Positions 42,397-52,149 of a stretch of DNA of 52,233 nt are shown in pieces. The notes under the pieces were generated by a model, which did no database searches, had not been told where the DNA came from, and saw only the letters and a program-made list of their open reading frames with translations. The DNA is from a virus. A program made the translations under genes and the position numbers. The DNA is taken from IMG/VR virus record IMGVR_UViG_3300010231_000010, positions 1 to 52,233 of that record; one strand, written 5' to 3'. Numbering within the stretch: the stretch's first letter is position 1; the number at the start of each line of letters is the position of its first letter.

Positions 42397-44033
42397 CTGA
42401 TGGTCCTGATTGGGCCGAAACTTTCGCGGCGATCAAGAATCCGCCCGGGAAGTCGGCTGTCGGTAACACGCGGCCTGGCATGGACCAGGTCAAGGCGTGG
42501 CAGGAGTTTCAGCAGCAGCGGACGGGCGCGGATGTCGCGGTGGCTGTCGGTGCTGTGGATACTGGTGACGACTTCGATGGTTGGGGTGCTGTCACTGAGT
42601 GGGCTCAGGATGTCGGCGACGGCATCGGTGGTGCGGTCAACCAGGTAACCACGCTCGCGAACAATCTGCTGACCGCTGCCGGGACGGTCATCGGCAACAT
42701 CGGGGCCGTCGTGGTCGACGGTCTCGGCAATGCCCTCCAGGATGTTTGGGACGCTATCGGCGCTGGTCTCGGTGGTGCAACAACGGGGCACAACGCCGCC
42801 TCGTTGAACGCTCAAGCGGTACAGCTCGCACTCACCGCACAGGATGCCGAGGCCGCCGCATACGCCGCCCAATGGTCCCTGCAGCAATTGACTGGGGGAG
42901 GCAGCACAGGCGGCGGCGGCGTCACGTTCGACATGGACATCACCGGCGCCGACGGTGACGCACTGTCCGCAACCGACTGGGCCACGGCATCGAACATGGT
43001 TGTCCGTGTCAACGGCAGCGTGTCCGCGATGGGCATCACCGCCGGCACCACCGTCGGGGTGATCAGCTACGCCAACTGCGCCCACCAGTACCTCAGTGAC
43101 AGCCAGTCGATCGCCGCGGTTCTCGGCCCCAAGGGTGACAGTGTCGCGGCGACCATCCTGCACTTCCACTGCAACAGCACCTACACGCGCGGCATGTACC
43201 TGTCGATCGTGACGACGGGCGTGACGTTCGGGTACTTCACTGGCGCGCTCGGATCGCGCACCTATACCCCGCTGACCGGCGGAACCCTCACGAGGTCAAT
43301 GACATCCGGCACCCGGGTCGAGGCTCGAGACTCTGGAACCAACTCGTACGCCATCTTGGTCAATGGCATCCCGTCGCTGACGGTCAATGACCCCGGCGCT
43401 CACGCAGTCGCGGGTGACTTCTACGCGCAGGTCACCGAGACATCCCGCACCGTCATCTACAACCCGGGTCTTCCGTGGCAGACGACGGGCACGAACTACT
43501 CGTTCCAGTTGGCCTCGATCCTGTTGTCGGATTACATCATTCCGACTGTCGTTGGTTCGACGGCGGCGATGTACCGGACGAGCACCGGCACCGTGTCGCT
43601 GAATGCCAGCCCTAATGCGGTGTTGGGTTCGTCGTTCTTCGGTGTGGTCGACTACGCGTCGGCGGACATCACCGTGGACCTCGCGAACTCGAAGTTCACC
43701 GTGTCAAAGGCTGGCACGTACCTGATTGGCCTGCGCGCCATCATCGACACCGGCACCAACACGACCAACACTCAAGAGGTCACGCCGCTTCTGTATGTGA
43801 ACGGGTCGATAGCCAAGTGGGGTAATCCTGCGACGGCCGTCTACGTGGTCGGTAACAACGGAAGCCTTTGGCGCGCAAAGCCAGATGCTATGGATACGAC
43901 CTTCCGGAAGTACCTGCAGGCTGGCGATTACGTGCAGCCGGGGTGGAACAACCAGCACATCTCCAGCGGCACTCTCACTGGTGAGGCCACTGGGACGCAA
44001 ACCTTTTTCGACATCACGCGGATTGGAGATTGA
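42393..44033 (+). CDS. Minor tail protein
   Basis: ATGA overlap; 546 aa. A Gly/Ala-rich N-terminal helical region is followed by a beta-rich C-terminal region. Confidence 0.75.
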   Translation: MTDGPDWAETFAAIKNPPGKSAVGNTRPGMDQVKAWQEFQQQRTGADVAVAVGAVDTGDDFDGWGAVTEWAQDVGDGIGGAVNQVTTLANNLLTAAGTVIGNIGAVVVDGLGNALQDVWDAIGAGLGGATTGHNAASLNAQAVQLALTAQDAEAAAYAAQWSLQQLTGGGSTGGGGVTFDMDITGADGDALSATDWATASNMVVRVNGSVSAMGITAGTTVGVISYANCAHQYLSDSQSIAAVLGPKGDSVAATILHFHCNSTYTRGMYLSIVTTGVTFGYFTGALGSRTYTPLTGGTLTRSMTSGTRVEARDSGTNSYAILVNGIPSLTVNDPGAHAVAGDFYAQVTETSRTVIYNPGLPWQTTGTNYSFQLASILLSDYIIPTVVGSTAAMYRTSTGTVSLNASPNAVLGSSFFGVVDYASADITVDLANSKFTVSKAGTYLIGLRAIIDTGTNTTNTQEVTPLLYVNGSIAKWGNPATAVYVVGNNGSLWRAKPDAMDTTFRKYLQAGDYVQPGWNNQHISSGTLTGEATGTQTFFDITRIGD

Positions 44034-44034
44034 C

Positions 44035-44223
44035 GTGGCCTACGTGGTGAATGACGTCAAGAAGGACCCGAGGACGGGGATTGTCGCGGTGAAGACCGGC
44101 ATGACTGATCCGGATCAGTCATGGCAGATCGTGATGACGTCGGACGGGACGTGCCATTTCGCGGCTGACGAGGATGTCGCCGCGTGGGATGACCTGACTT
44201 CAAACACCAACGGAGGTAACTGA
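44035..44223 (+). CDS. Hypothetical 62-aa tail-region protein
   Basis: GTG lies 2 nt after the upstream stop. Confidence 0.5.
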   Translation: MAYVVNDVKKDPRTGIVAVKTGMTDPDQSWQIVMTSDGTCHFAADEDVAAWDDLTSNTNGGN

Positions 44224-44225
44224 TC

Positions 44226-44612
44226 ATGCCTGCTGGGCCTTCGAAGTGGCTTATCAACTCGATGTGGGACGCAGCCTTGACGGGCGTTCCGTTCGTGATC
44301 AGCCAGCCGTATGTGCAGTTCCACTCCGGCGATCCCGGTAGTGGTGGAACCGCGAATGTCATTGCCCTGGACCGGCAGCCGGCATTGTTCGAGCGGGATT
44401 CCGATGGGCATTGGCAGACTGCTGGTGCGCCGATGGAGGTGTCCATCGACGTCGCCGATGTCACCGTGACCCACCTCAGCATCTGGGATTCACCGACCTC
44501 GGGCAACTGGGCGATCAACCTGATTGCGAACCAGCCGATCCTGGTCGTCGAGGGTGACCTGCTGATCCTGTCCGACAAGATTCAGTGGACCGTCACCGAT
44601 TGGGTCGCCTGA
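44226..44612 (+). CDS. Hypothetical tail-region protein
   Basis: 128-aa ORF, tightly packed with its neighbours. Confidence 0.65.
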   Translation: MPAGPSKWLINSMWDAALTGVPFVISQPYVQFHSGDPGSGGTANVIALDRQPALFERDSDGHWQTAGAPMEVSIDVADVTVTHLSIWDSPTSGNWAINLIANQPILVVEGDLLILSDKIQWTVTDWVA

Positions 44613-44613
44613 C

Positions 44614-45759
44614 ATGCCGGTGACGCGGATCGCGACGGCGCAAACGTCGGCGCTACTGGCCGGAAACCTCACGTCGCACACCATCGACCGTGCCGTGAAC
44701 GTCAACCCCAGCGCGGGACCGTACGTCTACGGGATCGTGCTCTACGGCTTCACTTCCGACGTGTCACTGACGGGCGACACCGTCACATGCACCTGGACCG
44801 GCGGCACACCCGTGGACCTACTGGCGTCTCCGCTGCTGTTCGGGTCGAGCATGAACATGCTGATGGGCTGGATCGTCGAGAACCCAGTGAGTGGCACGGT
44901 TCAGGTGTCGCACACGGGGATCGGCACTAGCACGTGGGCGAAGGCTCGGTTCCTGACGGTTGGTGTGTGGTCGCAGGCTCAGCAGTTGGACTTGGTGAAC
45001 ATTCAGTCCGCCGTGGTGTCGGCGGTGGGTTCGGCGAATGTCACGTCGCACACTGTGACTGTGCCGTCGATTCTGCCGGCGTCCCGGGTGATCGCCGCAC
45101 ACTTGGTTGGTCGGGGTAAGAAGATCACCGCATACAACGGGACCAAGGTCGCTGCGGCTAACTCGGCCGGTACTCCGAACTCGCCGTCGGGTAACGGGCA
45201 GATGATCCTCGGGGAATGCCGCGGCGCTGCGTCGGTGGATTCGACCGTGACACAGTCCCCGTCTACTGGCTTGTGGGCGACGCTCGGCCTGAACATCGAT
45301 CCGGCGCCGGTTGTGTTCGGCGCGAAGGGTTCTCACAAGGCGGGCAAGGGTGCGTTCGGTGCGTCGGTGTACCGGTTCGCCGAGCCGCACCCGGATCGCC
45401 TGTATGTGGTGCCGCCGATCGGTGCCGCGAATGACAAGGTGTTGGCCGACAACTTTGTGCGCTCACTCGACGGTGTTCCGATGCCGGTGTTCGTGAAAGA
45501 CCCGGATGACACAAGCGATTACACGCTGGACTGGTCGAACCATCTCGCGGACGACGACAAGATCATTCACGTTGAGTGCACGACGTCGGGATCGTTGCGC
45601 CTGATCTCGCAACCTGCTCTTGATGATGCGGGTGTGCTGACTCAGGTGTGGATCACTGGCAGCACGGTGAACGTGACGCGGACTGTGCGGATTCGTTGTT
45701 CGACCGCGAAGGGCCGCCGATTCGACCGCACCTTCTACATTGCTGGATCGCAGGGATAG
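44614..45759 (+). CDS. Minor tail protein
   Basis: 381-aa beta-rich protein. Confidence 0.7.
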   Translation: MPVTRIATAQTSALLAGNLTSHTIDRAVNVNPSAGPYVYGIVLYGFTSDVSLTGDTVTCTWTGGTPVDLLASPLLFGSSMNMLMGWIVENPVSGTVQVSHTGIGTSTWAKARFLTVGVWSQAQQLDLVNIQSAVVSAVGSANVTSHTVTVPSILPASRVIAAHLVGRGKKITAYNGTKVAAANSAGTPNSPSGNGQMILGECRGAASVDSTVTQSPSTGLWATLGLNIDPAPVVFGAKGSHKAGKGAFGASVYRFAEPHPDRLYVVPPIGAANDKVLADNFVRSLDGVPMPVFVKDPDDTSDYTLDWSNHLADDDKIIHVECTTSGSLRLISQPALDDAGVLTQVWITGSTVNVTRTVRIRCSTAKGRRFDRTFYIAGSQG

Positions 45760-45767
45760 GGGTTGGT

Positions 45768-48700
45768 GTGACGACTGTGACTGTGTCCGGCGTGGTGAAG
45801 GACGAGACGGGCCGGAAGGATTCGCGCGACTGGCTGGCGTTCTCGCCCGTGTATCGGGAGGGTTCGGACGGCTCTGTCGTGACGATGAAGCGGCAGCAAG
45901 TCCGTGTCGTGGCGGGCATGTTCTCAGCCAAGCTTGATCCGGGTGTGTGCGTCCTCGAAAACCCTGACGGCCAGCGGTACACGGTCACCGTGCCGGATGA
46001 GGATGCCGACCTGTGGGATGTCATCGCTGCGGCAGTGGCTTTCCCGCCGAACACCGACGCAGAGGCATTGGCTTCAGCGGTAGAGAGCTACCTGGTTGAC
46101 AACCCGCCGTCGGCCGATTGGAACGGCTTAGCCAACAAGCCGACCGTCATCGGCGCAGGCTCGACACAATCAGCGGCCCGCAGTGCGATCGGCGCGGCCA
46201 GCTCCACTGCTGTTACAACTGCGCAGACAACCGCCGATACCGGCGTAACCAATGCCGCAGCCGCAGCCGCAGCCGCAGCAGTCGCCGACGGGAAAGCTGT
46301 TGCCGCACAAGCAACCGCTAACGCAGCGGCCCCCCGCATCACCAGCGGCCAGTTCCCTTGGCCTTCGGGCCTGGTGGCGCTGTGGGATTTCCAGAACGAT
46401 GCCGTCGGCGGCGCCACGCTGACATCCAAGGTTGGCGCGATGGATCATGTCCTGACAGGGCTTCAGGGAAAGCTGGTCGCGAAAGATGCGACCGACCCCG
46501 GCCCCTTCGGTCCGTCGCTAGTTCTCGATGGCGCAACCTGTTTCGCGAAGGGCCCCGGGCTCGGGTCGCTGGATGTCGCGCAAGTCGGCGACCAGGTCAC
46601 AGTTATCGCGTGGGTGAACGATTCCGTTGCCGCTGACGTGGGTTCTGCGGGCTATAAGTTCCGCGCAGGATCACACTGCGAATCGACGACCCCTGCGCGC
46701 CAGTACGGCCTGTATTTCGATGCGTGGGGCTGGGTCTATAGCAATGGGCACCTCGGCCCGCACATCGGCGCTCAGGATGGACCGTCGACCGGGTACCCAT
46801 TCAACCGCGACCAGGCCATCAGTAAGCGCTGCTACTTCACCGGTACGGGCCAGAACCAGTGGCACATGGAAGCCATGACGTTCGACGGTGCCCAGTGCAT
46901 CGCGTATGTCGATGGCATTACCGACATTTGGAAGAACGCTGCCGAGCCTCCCTCGAGCTTCTTCGGCGCCTACTCGGACAGCACGTACCGCTCGGCCGTC
47001 GTGGACCGAAATCCCTTCCCATTCAAGAAGGGATTGAATCGATCTAGCACGAATAAGTACTTCACCATCGGTGCGGCAATGAGCAACGGCAACGCCGGGA
47101 TCAACTTCACGACAGGCAAACTCGGCGGTGTCGCCGTGTTCAATCGTGCGTTGACGGCCGCCGAGATCATGCAGGTCCGGTTGATGACGCTCAAGTCAAA
47201 CGAACCGATCTCGAAGTTCGGACTGGAGGTCAACCGGACCGGCGTGAACTCCCTATCGGAGACGGCCTGGCTCGGTAGGGCCAGCGCTCTGTGCGCCGAC
47301 GTGGGAACACTGACCGCCGCCGGATCAGAGTACGCAGTTATCCGACCTGCCGGCGGTTCGACGTCGTACCTGACCAAGACCTCTACGGGCATCGGTGCCG
47401 CGTGGATCGCCCTTACAGGACTGAACTCATCACAGGTCCGCAAGGTCAAGTTCGACCTGTTGTCGGCCGCGACAACCTCTGCGGCACAAAGGCTTCTGGT
47501 CAAGGTTGGATCGCAATGGTGGGCGACGAACACCACCTACGCCACCACGACGACCCACTCGGGTGACACCGACTGGACTGGTGCAGAAACGAAGACCATC
47601 GACATCAACTGGGACGCGGGCAACTGGCTCCCGGTGACACTGCAGGATTCAACCACGCCAACAGCTCAGACGTTCACCAACATGGTGAACAACCCGTCGC
47701 TGAGCGTGAACGCCACCAACTGGTTCAAGTCCGGGTCTGTCGCGAACGCTACAGCCGCGCGCACTGCGGTCACCGGTGGCTTCGCCTACATCCTCACTTG
47801 GTCTGGAACCGACTCCGTCACCACTATCCCGGTGTCGGTGGGTGGCATGGCGCAGGCGGGCGTGGGTGCCGTCACTGCGGGCACAAGCTACTCGGCGTCA
47901 ATGCAAGTGACGTGCTCCAAGACGCAAGCGCTGTACATGGAAATCCAGTGGTTCAACGCATCGAGCACGTATCTATCGTCCACGTTCGGCGGGACTGTGA
48001 CCACTGCGGCCGCGACTCCGATCACCCTCGCCGCGTCCGGTGTTGCCCCGGCGACCGCGACTCAGGCCCTGATCCGGATAGTGACCCCACCCGCCGCTTC
48101 TGGTGGCGTCTCGTGGGCTTCGGCTGACACCCTGGCGCTAACCAAGTGCATCATGGTCGCGAACAGCATCCTTCCGGCCTATTTCGACGGCGACACGGCC
48201 AGTGCATCATGGACCGGCACATCCGGAGCCTCGACCTCGACGCTCTCGACGACCGGCCTCCCAGTTGCCACCAACCTCGCGCTAAACCCCATCCTGAAGG
48301 CCGCGTCAACGGGATGGTTCACCTCCGGTGCGATGGCCCATGCCACAGGCGCACGCGTTCTCTCTGGCAGCGAATACGTTTGGCGGACAACATGGACCGG
48401 AACTGATACCACCAACGGTGCATCAGTGGCGGGTTGCCTGCAGTCCAGCATCGGCGCCATCACCGCTGGCCTGAGCTACACCACTTCCTTGAAGGTCACC
48501 GCCAACCGAGCACGCCGGGGCTGGCTGCAAATCGACTGGTACAACGCGAGCAACGCTCTGGTGTCCAGCACGACTGGCCAGATCGCGGTGTGTGGCAAGA
48601 ACTTCCCGACGACCGTCACGGCTACTGGCGTGGCCCCGGCGACGGCTACCCAGATGTTGATTCGGTTCATTGCCAGCGGCTGGGATTTCGTCAGCGGCGA

Positions 48701-48932
48701 CACATTAGATGTCGGCAGCCTGATGGTCGTACAGGCCACTTCACTACCTGGTGTTGTGATCGAGGGGAGTGGCACCTACACCGGCGGGACGCTGTCGATC
48801 GGTGGCAGCACTAATGCGGCCTGGATCGACAACGACCTCATTACCGCCATCGGCTTCATATCTAGCGGGGGTGATGGGTCGGCGGTTCGGGTGTCCAATC
48901 TTGCGCTGTATCCGGTTGGGACGGGCAGCTAA
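45768..48932 (+). CDS. Tail fibre / receptor-binding protein with LamG-like lectin domain and two tandem CBM-like modules
   Basis: 1054 aa. It has an Ala-rich stalk, then LVLDGATCFAKG...VTVIAWVN (ConA/LamG-like). Two homologous modules of about 135 aa start N.(V/A)(N/L)NP... W(F)(K/T)SG and end GVAPATATQ.LIR. Confidence 0.8.
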   Translation: MTTVTVSGVVKDETGRKDSRDWLAFSPVYREGSDGSVVTMKRQQVRVVAGMFSAKLDPGVCVLENPDGQRYTVTVPDEDADLWDVIAAAVAFPPNTDAEALASAVESYLVDNPPSADWNGLANKPTVIGAGSTQSAARSAIGAASSTAVTTAQTTADTGVTNAAAAAAAAAVADGKAVAAQATANAAAPRITSGQFPWPSGLVALWDFQNDAVGGATLTSKVGAMDHVLTGLQGKLVAKDATDPGPFGPSLVLDGATCFAKGPGLGSLDVAQVGDQVTVIAWVNDSVAADVGSAGYKFRAGSHCESTTPARQYGLYFDAWGWVYSNGHLGPHIGAQDGPSTGYPFNRDQAISKRCYFTGTGQNQWHMEAMTFDGAQCIAYVDGITDIWKNAAEPPSSFFGAYSDSTYRSAVVDRNPFPFKKGLNRSSTNKYFTIGAAMSNGNAGINFTTGKLGGVAVFNRALTAAEIMQVRLMTLKSNEPISKFGLEVNRTGVNSLSETAWLGRASALCADVGTLTAAGSEYAVIRPAGGSTSYLTKTSTGIGAAWIALTGLNSSQVRKVKFDLLSAATTSAAQRLLVKVGSQWWATNTTYATTTTHSGDTDWTGAETKTIDINWDAGNWLPVTLQDSTTPTAQTFTNMVNNPSLSVNATNWFKSGSVANATAARTAVTGGFAYILTWSGTDSVTTIPVSVGGMAQAGVGAVTAGTSYSASMQVTCSKTQALYMEIQWFNASSTYLSSTFGGTVTTAAATPITLAASGVAPATATQALIRIVTPPAASGGVSWASADTLALTKCIMVANSILPAYFDGDTASASWTGTSGASTSTLSTTGLPVATNLALNPILKAASTGWFTSGAMAHATGARVLSGSEYVWRTTWTGTDTTNGASVAGCLQSSIGAITAGLSYTTSLKVTANRARRGWLQIDWYNASNALVSSTTGQIAVCGKNFPTTVTATGVAPATATQMLIRFIASGWDFVSGDTLDVGSLMVVQATSLPGVVIEGSGTYTGGTLSIGGSTNAAWIDNDLITAIGFISSGGDGSAVRVSNLALYPVGTGS
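46254..46277 (+). repeat. (GCCGCA)x4 hexanucleotide tandem repeat encoding poly-Ala in the fibre stalk
   Basis: Four exact units followed by GCA, all in frame. Confidence 0.9.
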
Positions 48933-49054
48933 TGAGAAACCTCGCCGCCATCGCCGCCGGTGTTCTCGCAGGTCTCGCCCTGTTCGCCACCACCTTCTAC
49001 GCCTGGATGATCTGGGGCGCCGACCCGAACAAAGACTCGCTGGTGTCGTGGTGA
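48932..49054 (+). CDS. 40-aa membrane peptide (below the ORF-track cutoff)
   Basis: TAATG overlap with the fibre stop and TGATG overlap downstream. The product is MRNLAAIAAGVLAGLALFATTFYAWMIWG... Confidence 0.5.
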   Translation: MRNLAAIAAGVLAGLALFATTFYAWMIWGADPNKDSLVSW

Positions 49055-49209
49055 TGCACATCTTGACCTGGCGCGGCATTCAGATCGCAGCCGCAGTGAG
49101 GTTCCAACGGTTGTGCATGGAGATGGCGAAACACCCAGCGCGCGTGCAAAAGAACATGCGCATCACCAGTGGGACGCCACACAGCTTCGTGGAGGTGCTT
49201 GATGAATGA
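49054..49209 (+). CDS. 51-aa hypothetical protein
   Basis: TGATG overlap upstream; the gene overlaps the lysin A start by 8 nt. Confidence 0.45.
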   Translation: MHILTWRGIQIAAAVRFQRLCMEMAKHPARVQKNMRITSGTPHSFVEVLDE

Positions 49210-50416
49210 CGACTACGCCCGCGCAGTTCTCCGCGCAGGCACCGAACTCGGAATCACACCGCGCGGCATCGTCATCGGATTCGCAACCGTCTATGTCGAG
49301 TCGAACTGGTTGAACTACGCCAACGCCAAAGTCCCAGGCTCACTAGCACTTCCACACGATGCCGTCGGATCAGATGGCATGTCCGTCGGCCTATTCCAAC
49401 AGCAGGTCATCATGGGCAACGGCTGGTGGTGGGGTCCGGTCGAGGTGTGCCAGGACCCGTACCAGTCGGCGCGCCTGTTCTTCTCCCGGCTGGCGAAACT
49501 CGACTACAACGGCCCCAGCTCACCCGGCTCGTACGCGCAGGCAGTCCAAAAGTCCGCGTACCCGGACCGCTACGACCAGCGCATGGCCGACGCGCAGAAA
49601 CTCTACGACCGTATCGCCGGTCAAACCCCAACTGACACTGGAGGAACCGTGGGCGTATCAGGCGACCCCGTTTGGCTCGAAGACGTGCTACGTCCCGCGC
49701 TGGGCGACCGACTCAAGACACTCGACGGCTGGAAGACCGATGGCGTCGGCGGCACCATGGGCAACATCTGGGGTGTCATCTGGCACCACACCGGCAACGC
49801 TGCTGAAACCGCGCAGTCGATCAGCCAGGGACGTCCAGACCTCGCGGGCCCGCTCGCGCAGATTCACATCGCACCCGACGGCATCGTGACCATCGTCGCT
49901 GTCGGACCCTGCAACCACGCCGGCGCCGGTTCCTGGCCCGGGCTGCCGACCGACGGCGCCAACGCGTACACCATCGGCATCGAATGCGCCTGGCCCCGCA
50001 ACACCGCGCTCACCGAGGACACCGCCAACCAGGAACGGTGGCCCGACGCTCAGATCATCTCCATGCGCGACGTCGGCGCCGCACTCACCAAACACCTCGG
50101 CGTCCCGGTGTCGCACAACATCTCCCACCGTGAATGGGCGCGCTTCGGACCCGCCGGTCAGCGCCAGTACAAGTGGGACCCCGGCAATCTCGACATGGAC
50201 TGGTTCCGTGGCGAGATTCAGAAGGACATCGACGGCGCGTTCGACGGGCCGAGCATCCCTCAGCCGCCGGACCCCACACCGTTCCAGCATCCGTCGAATG
50301 ACCAGATGCTCAAAGACGTATGGGATCAGTTGAGAGGTCCTGAGGGTAAGGGTTGGCCGCAGCTCGGCGGGCTGACCCTCGTGGATGCCGTCGCGAAGTT
50401 GCTGGGGGAGAAGTGA
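49202..50416 (+). CDS. lysA: Lysin A: transglycosylase-like N-terminal domain plus N-acetylmuramoyl-L-alanine amidase (amidase_2/PGRP)
   Basis: VYVESNWLNYAN...GMSVGLFQQQ (E-S...GLFQ) is followed by WGVIWHHTGN...GPCNHAGAG...YTIGIECA. Confidence 0.9.
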   Translation: MNDDYARAVLRAGTELGITPRGIVIGFATVYVESNWLNYANAKVPGSLALPHDAVGSDGMSVGLFQQQVIMGNGWWWGPVEVCQDPYQSARLFFSRLAKLDYNGPSSPGSYAQAVQKSAYPDRYDQRMADAQKLYDRIAGQTPTDTGGTVGVSGDPVWLEDVLRPALGDRLKTLDGWKTDGVGGTMGNIWGVIWHHTGNAAETAQSISQGRPDLAGPLAQIHIAPDGIVTIVAVGPCNHAGAGSWPGLPTDGANAYTIGIECAWPRNTALTEDTANQERWPDAQIISMRDVGAALTKHLGVPVSHNISHREWARFGPAGQRQYKWDPGNLDMDWFRGEIQKDIDGAFDGPSIPQPPDPTPFQHPSNDQMLKDVWDQLRGPEGKGWPQLGGLTLVDAVAKLLGEK

Positions 50417-51435
50417 ACGGCCCCGACGGCAAGTGGCTCGGCCTCGGCCTCGGTGACGTCTCACCCGAAGTCCGCTCCATCAAAGCCTTCCTGCGCCGCA
50501 AGTTCTCCTACGCTGCAGGGCTTTCCGATGACGAGACATTCGACCCAACCCTCGTCGTTGTCGTCTCGGACATGCAGCAGCGGTACCAGGCATCAGGCAA
50601 GCTGCAGCCTGGTCAGTTCGTGCTCGGTGTCATCAACTACGCGACCAAGGTGGCGATGGGCTACACCGTCGTCGTCGCGCAAACCCTGCCCGTGCTGTTC
50701 ACCGTCGAAGGGCACCTGTCGGATATGTTCGTCGGCCCGTGCGCTGAGACCGCCCGGGTGCTCGAGCGTGAAGGCACATGCCGCTGGCAGCCCGTCGGCT
50801 ACGACAACGTCAGCCTCCCATTCAACGACGCGAGCGGTATCGCCGAACTCGACCGGCTGTTCTCCGACTATCTGACATTCCCACTCGGCACACCATGGGG
50901 CCTGTCCATCTTCAGCCAGGGTGCGCTGGTCGGCTGCCAGTTCTTCCTTGACCACGTGCAGAACCCGCACGGCAAGCACCACAACCGATTCGCCGACTGG
51001 CGCGGCACCCTCGCACACGGAAACCCCATGCGCGAGAAGGACGTCAACGCGCCATGGGTGCCCGACCCGCCGAAACCTGGCACACAAGGCATCTACAGCC
51101 GCCACATGACCGGCACCGCACCCGGCGGCGAGCTCGAGCCCCGCTGGCGCGAAGTGAACCGCACCGGCGACCTGTACGCCGAGAACCCCACCAACAACGC
51201 AGGCCGCGATCGGACCGCCGTCTGCACCGCAGTCGTCGACGGCCAACTGTTCGGCGCCGGCTCACTGGCTGAACGGCTCTGGATACTCGCCACCCACTTG
51301 GGCGACGAGGTGTGGGCGTTGGCGCAGGCCATCATCGGCGGCGTCAAGTTCCTGATCAACATGGCCCCACACGGTGCCTATGACCTCGGCCCGGGCATCG
51401 CATGGATGCGCGACAGACTGAAAGGCAAGGCGTGA
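50413..51435 (+). CDS. lysB: Lysin B (mycolylarabinogalactan esterase type; PG-binding N-terminal domain plus serine esterase)
   Basis: GTGA overlap. It contains IKAFLRRKFSYAAGLSDD...QQRY (PG_binding_1-like) and a G-x-S-x-G-type LSIFSQGA motif. Confidence 0.85.
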   Translation: MNGPDGKWLGLGLGDVSPEVRSIKAFLRRKFSYAAGLSDDETFDPTLVVVVSDMQQRYQASGKLQPGQFVLGVINYATKVAMGYTVVVAQTLPVLFTVEGHLSDMFVGPCAETARVLEREGTCRWQPVGYDNVSLPFNDASGIAELDRLFSDYLTFPLGTPWGLSIFSQGALVGCQFFLDHVQNPHGKHHNRFADWRGTLAHGNPMREKDVNAPWVPDPPKPGTQGIYSRHMTGTAPGGELEPRWREVNRTGDLYAENPTNNAGRDRTAVCTAVVDGQLFGAGSLAERLWILATHLGDEVWALAQAIIGGVKFLINMAPHGAYDLGPGIAWMRDRLKGKA

Positions 51436-51656
51436 TGTTGGCCAAGATCATCGAGAAGCTGTCCAGCGCCAGGGCGCGGAACTACTTCTACGCGCTGTCC
51501 ACGGCGTTCCTGGCGTTCGCAGTCGGCTATGACTGGATCGCTCCCGACAAGCTGCCTCTCTGGCTGACGCTGCTGGCCGCGCTGTTCGCCGTCACGTCAG
51601 GCGGCACGGCGACGGTTGTTCTGTCGAAGCAGCGCAAGGATGGCACCGTCCAGTGA
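51435..51656 (+). CDS. Holin candidate (two TM helices)
   Basis: TGATG overlap with lysB. TM helices YFYALSTAFLAFAVGY and LWLTLLAALFAVTSGG, with a basic C-terminus. Confidence 0.65.
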   Translation: MLAKIIEKLSSARARNYFYALSTAFLAFAVGYDWIAPDKLPLWLTLLAALFAVTSGGTATVVLSKQRKDGTVQ

Positions 51657-51946
51657 GTTGGTCGCTGCTGCGGGAGTTGAGCGGACTCGGGGCGCCGAGC
51701 CTTGCGACATTCATCAGCGCGATGTTTGTGGTTGCCTTGCAGCGTGGTTGGCTCATTCTCGGCAAGTACCACCGCGAAGTCGTCGCCGACCGAGAGAAAG
51801 AAAACGACCTGCTTCGCGCGGCGTACGACAAGGTGCTCGACTCCAACGGCGTACTCACCCGCACAGTGCTCGAGCAGAACGTCACCAAGGACACCACCAA
51901 CAAGCTGCTCGTCGCGTTGCGTGAAGCCGCGGAGGCTGATCGATGA
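51653..51946 (+). CDS. Membrane-anchored coiled-coil protein of the lysis region
   Basis: GTGA overlap. An N-terminal TM segment (LATFISAMFVVAL) is followed by a charged helix. Confidence 0.6.
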   Translation: MSWSLLRELSGLGAPSLATFISAMFVVALQRGWLILGKYHREVVADREKENDLLRAAYDKVLDSNGVLTRTVLEQNVTKDTTNKLLVALREAAEADR

Positions 51947-52149
51947 TGTTCCGTCGCCGCAAGGATGAAGTCGCGCAGTCACAGCTCCGCATCGAAGACG
52001 CTGCGGCGCGCAATGCTGCCGCGGAGGCGCATAACCGCGCCACCCGACTACTGGCCCAGCAGTCCCACACCGTCACGGAGCGGTTGCGGCGCGAGGTCGA
52101 GAAGAACCATTTCACGGAGATGCTGCTACAGGCCTGGGGGGCACGGTGA
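51943..52149 (+). CDS. Hypothetical charged helical protein
   Basis: ATGA overlap; 68 aa. Confidence 0.55.
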   Translation: MMFRRRKDEVAQSQLRIEDAAARNAAAEAHNRATRLLAQQSHTVTERLRREVEKNHFTEMLLQAWGAR

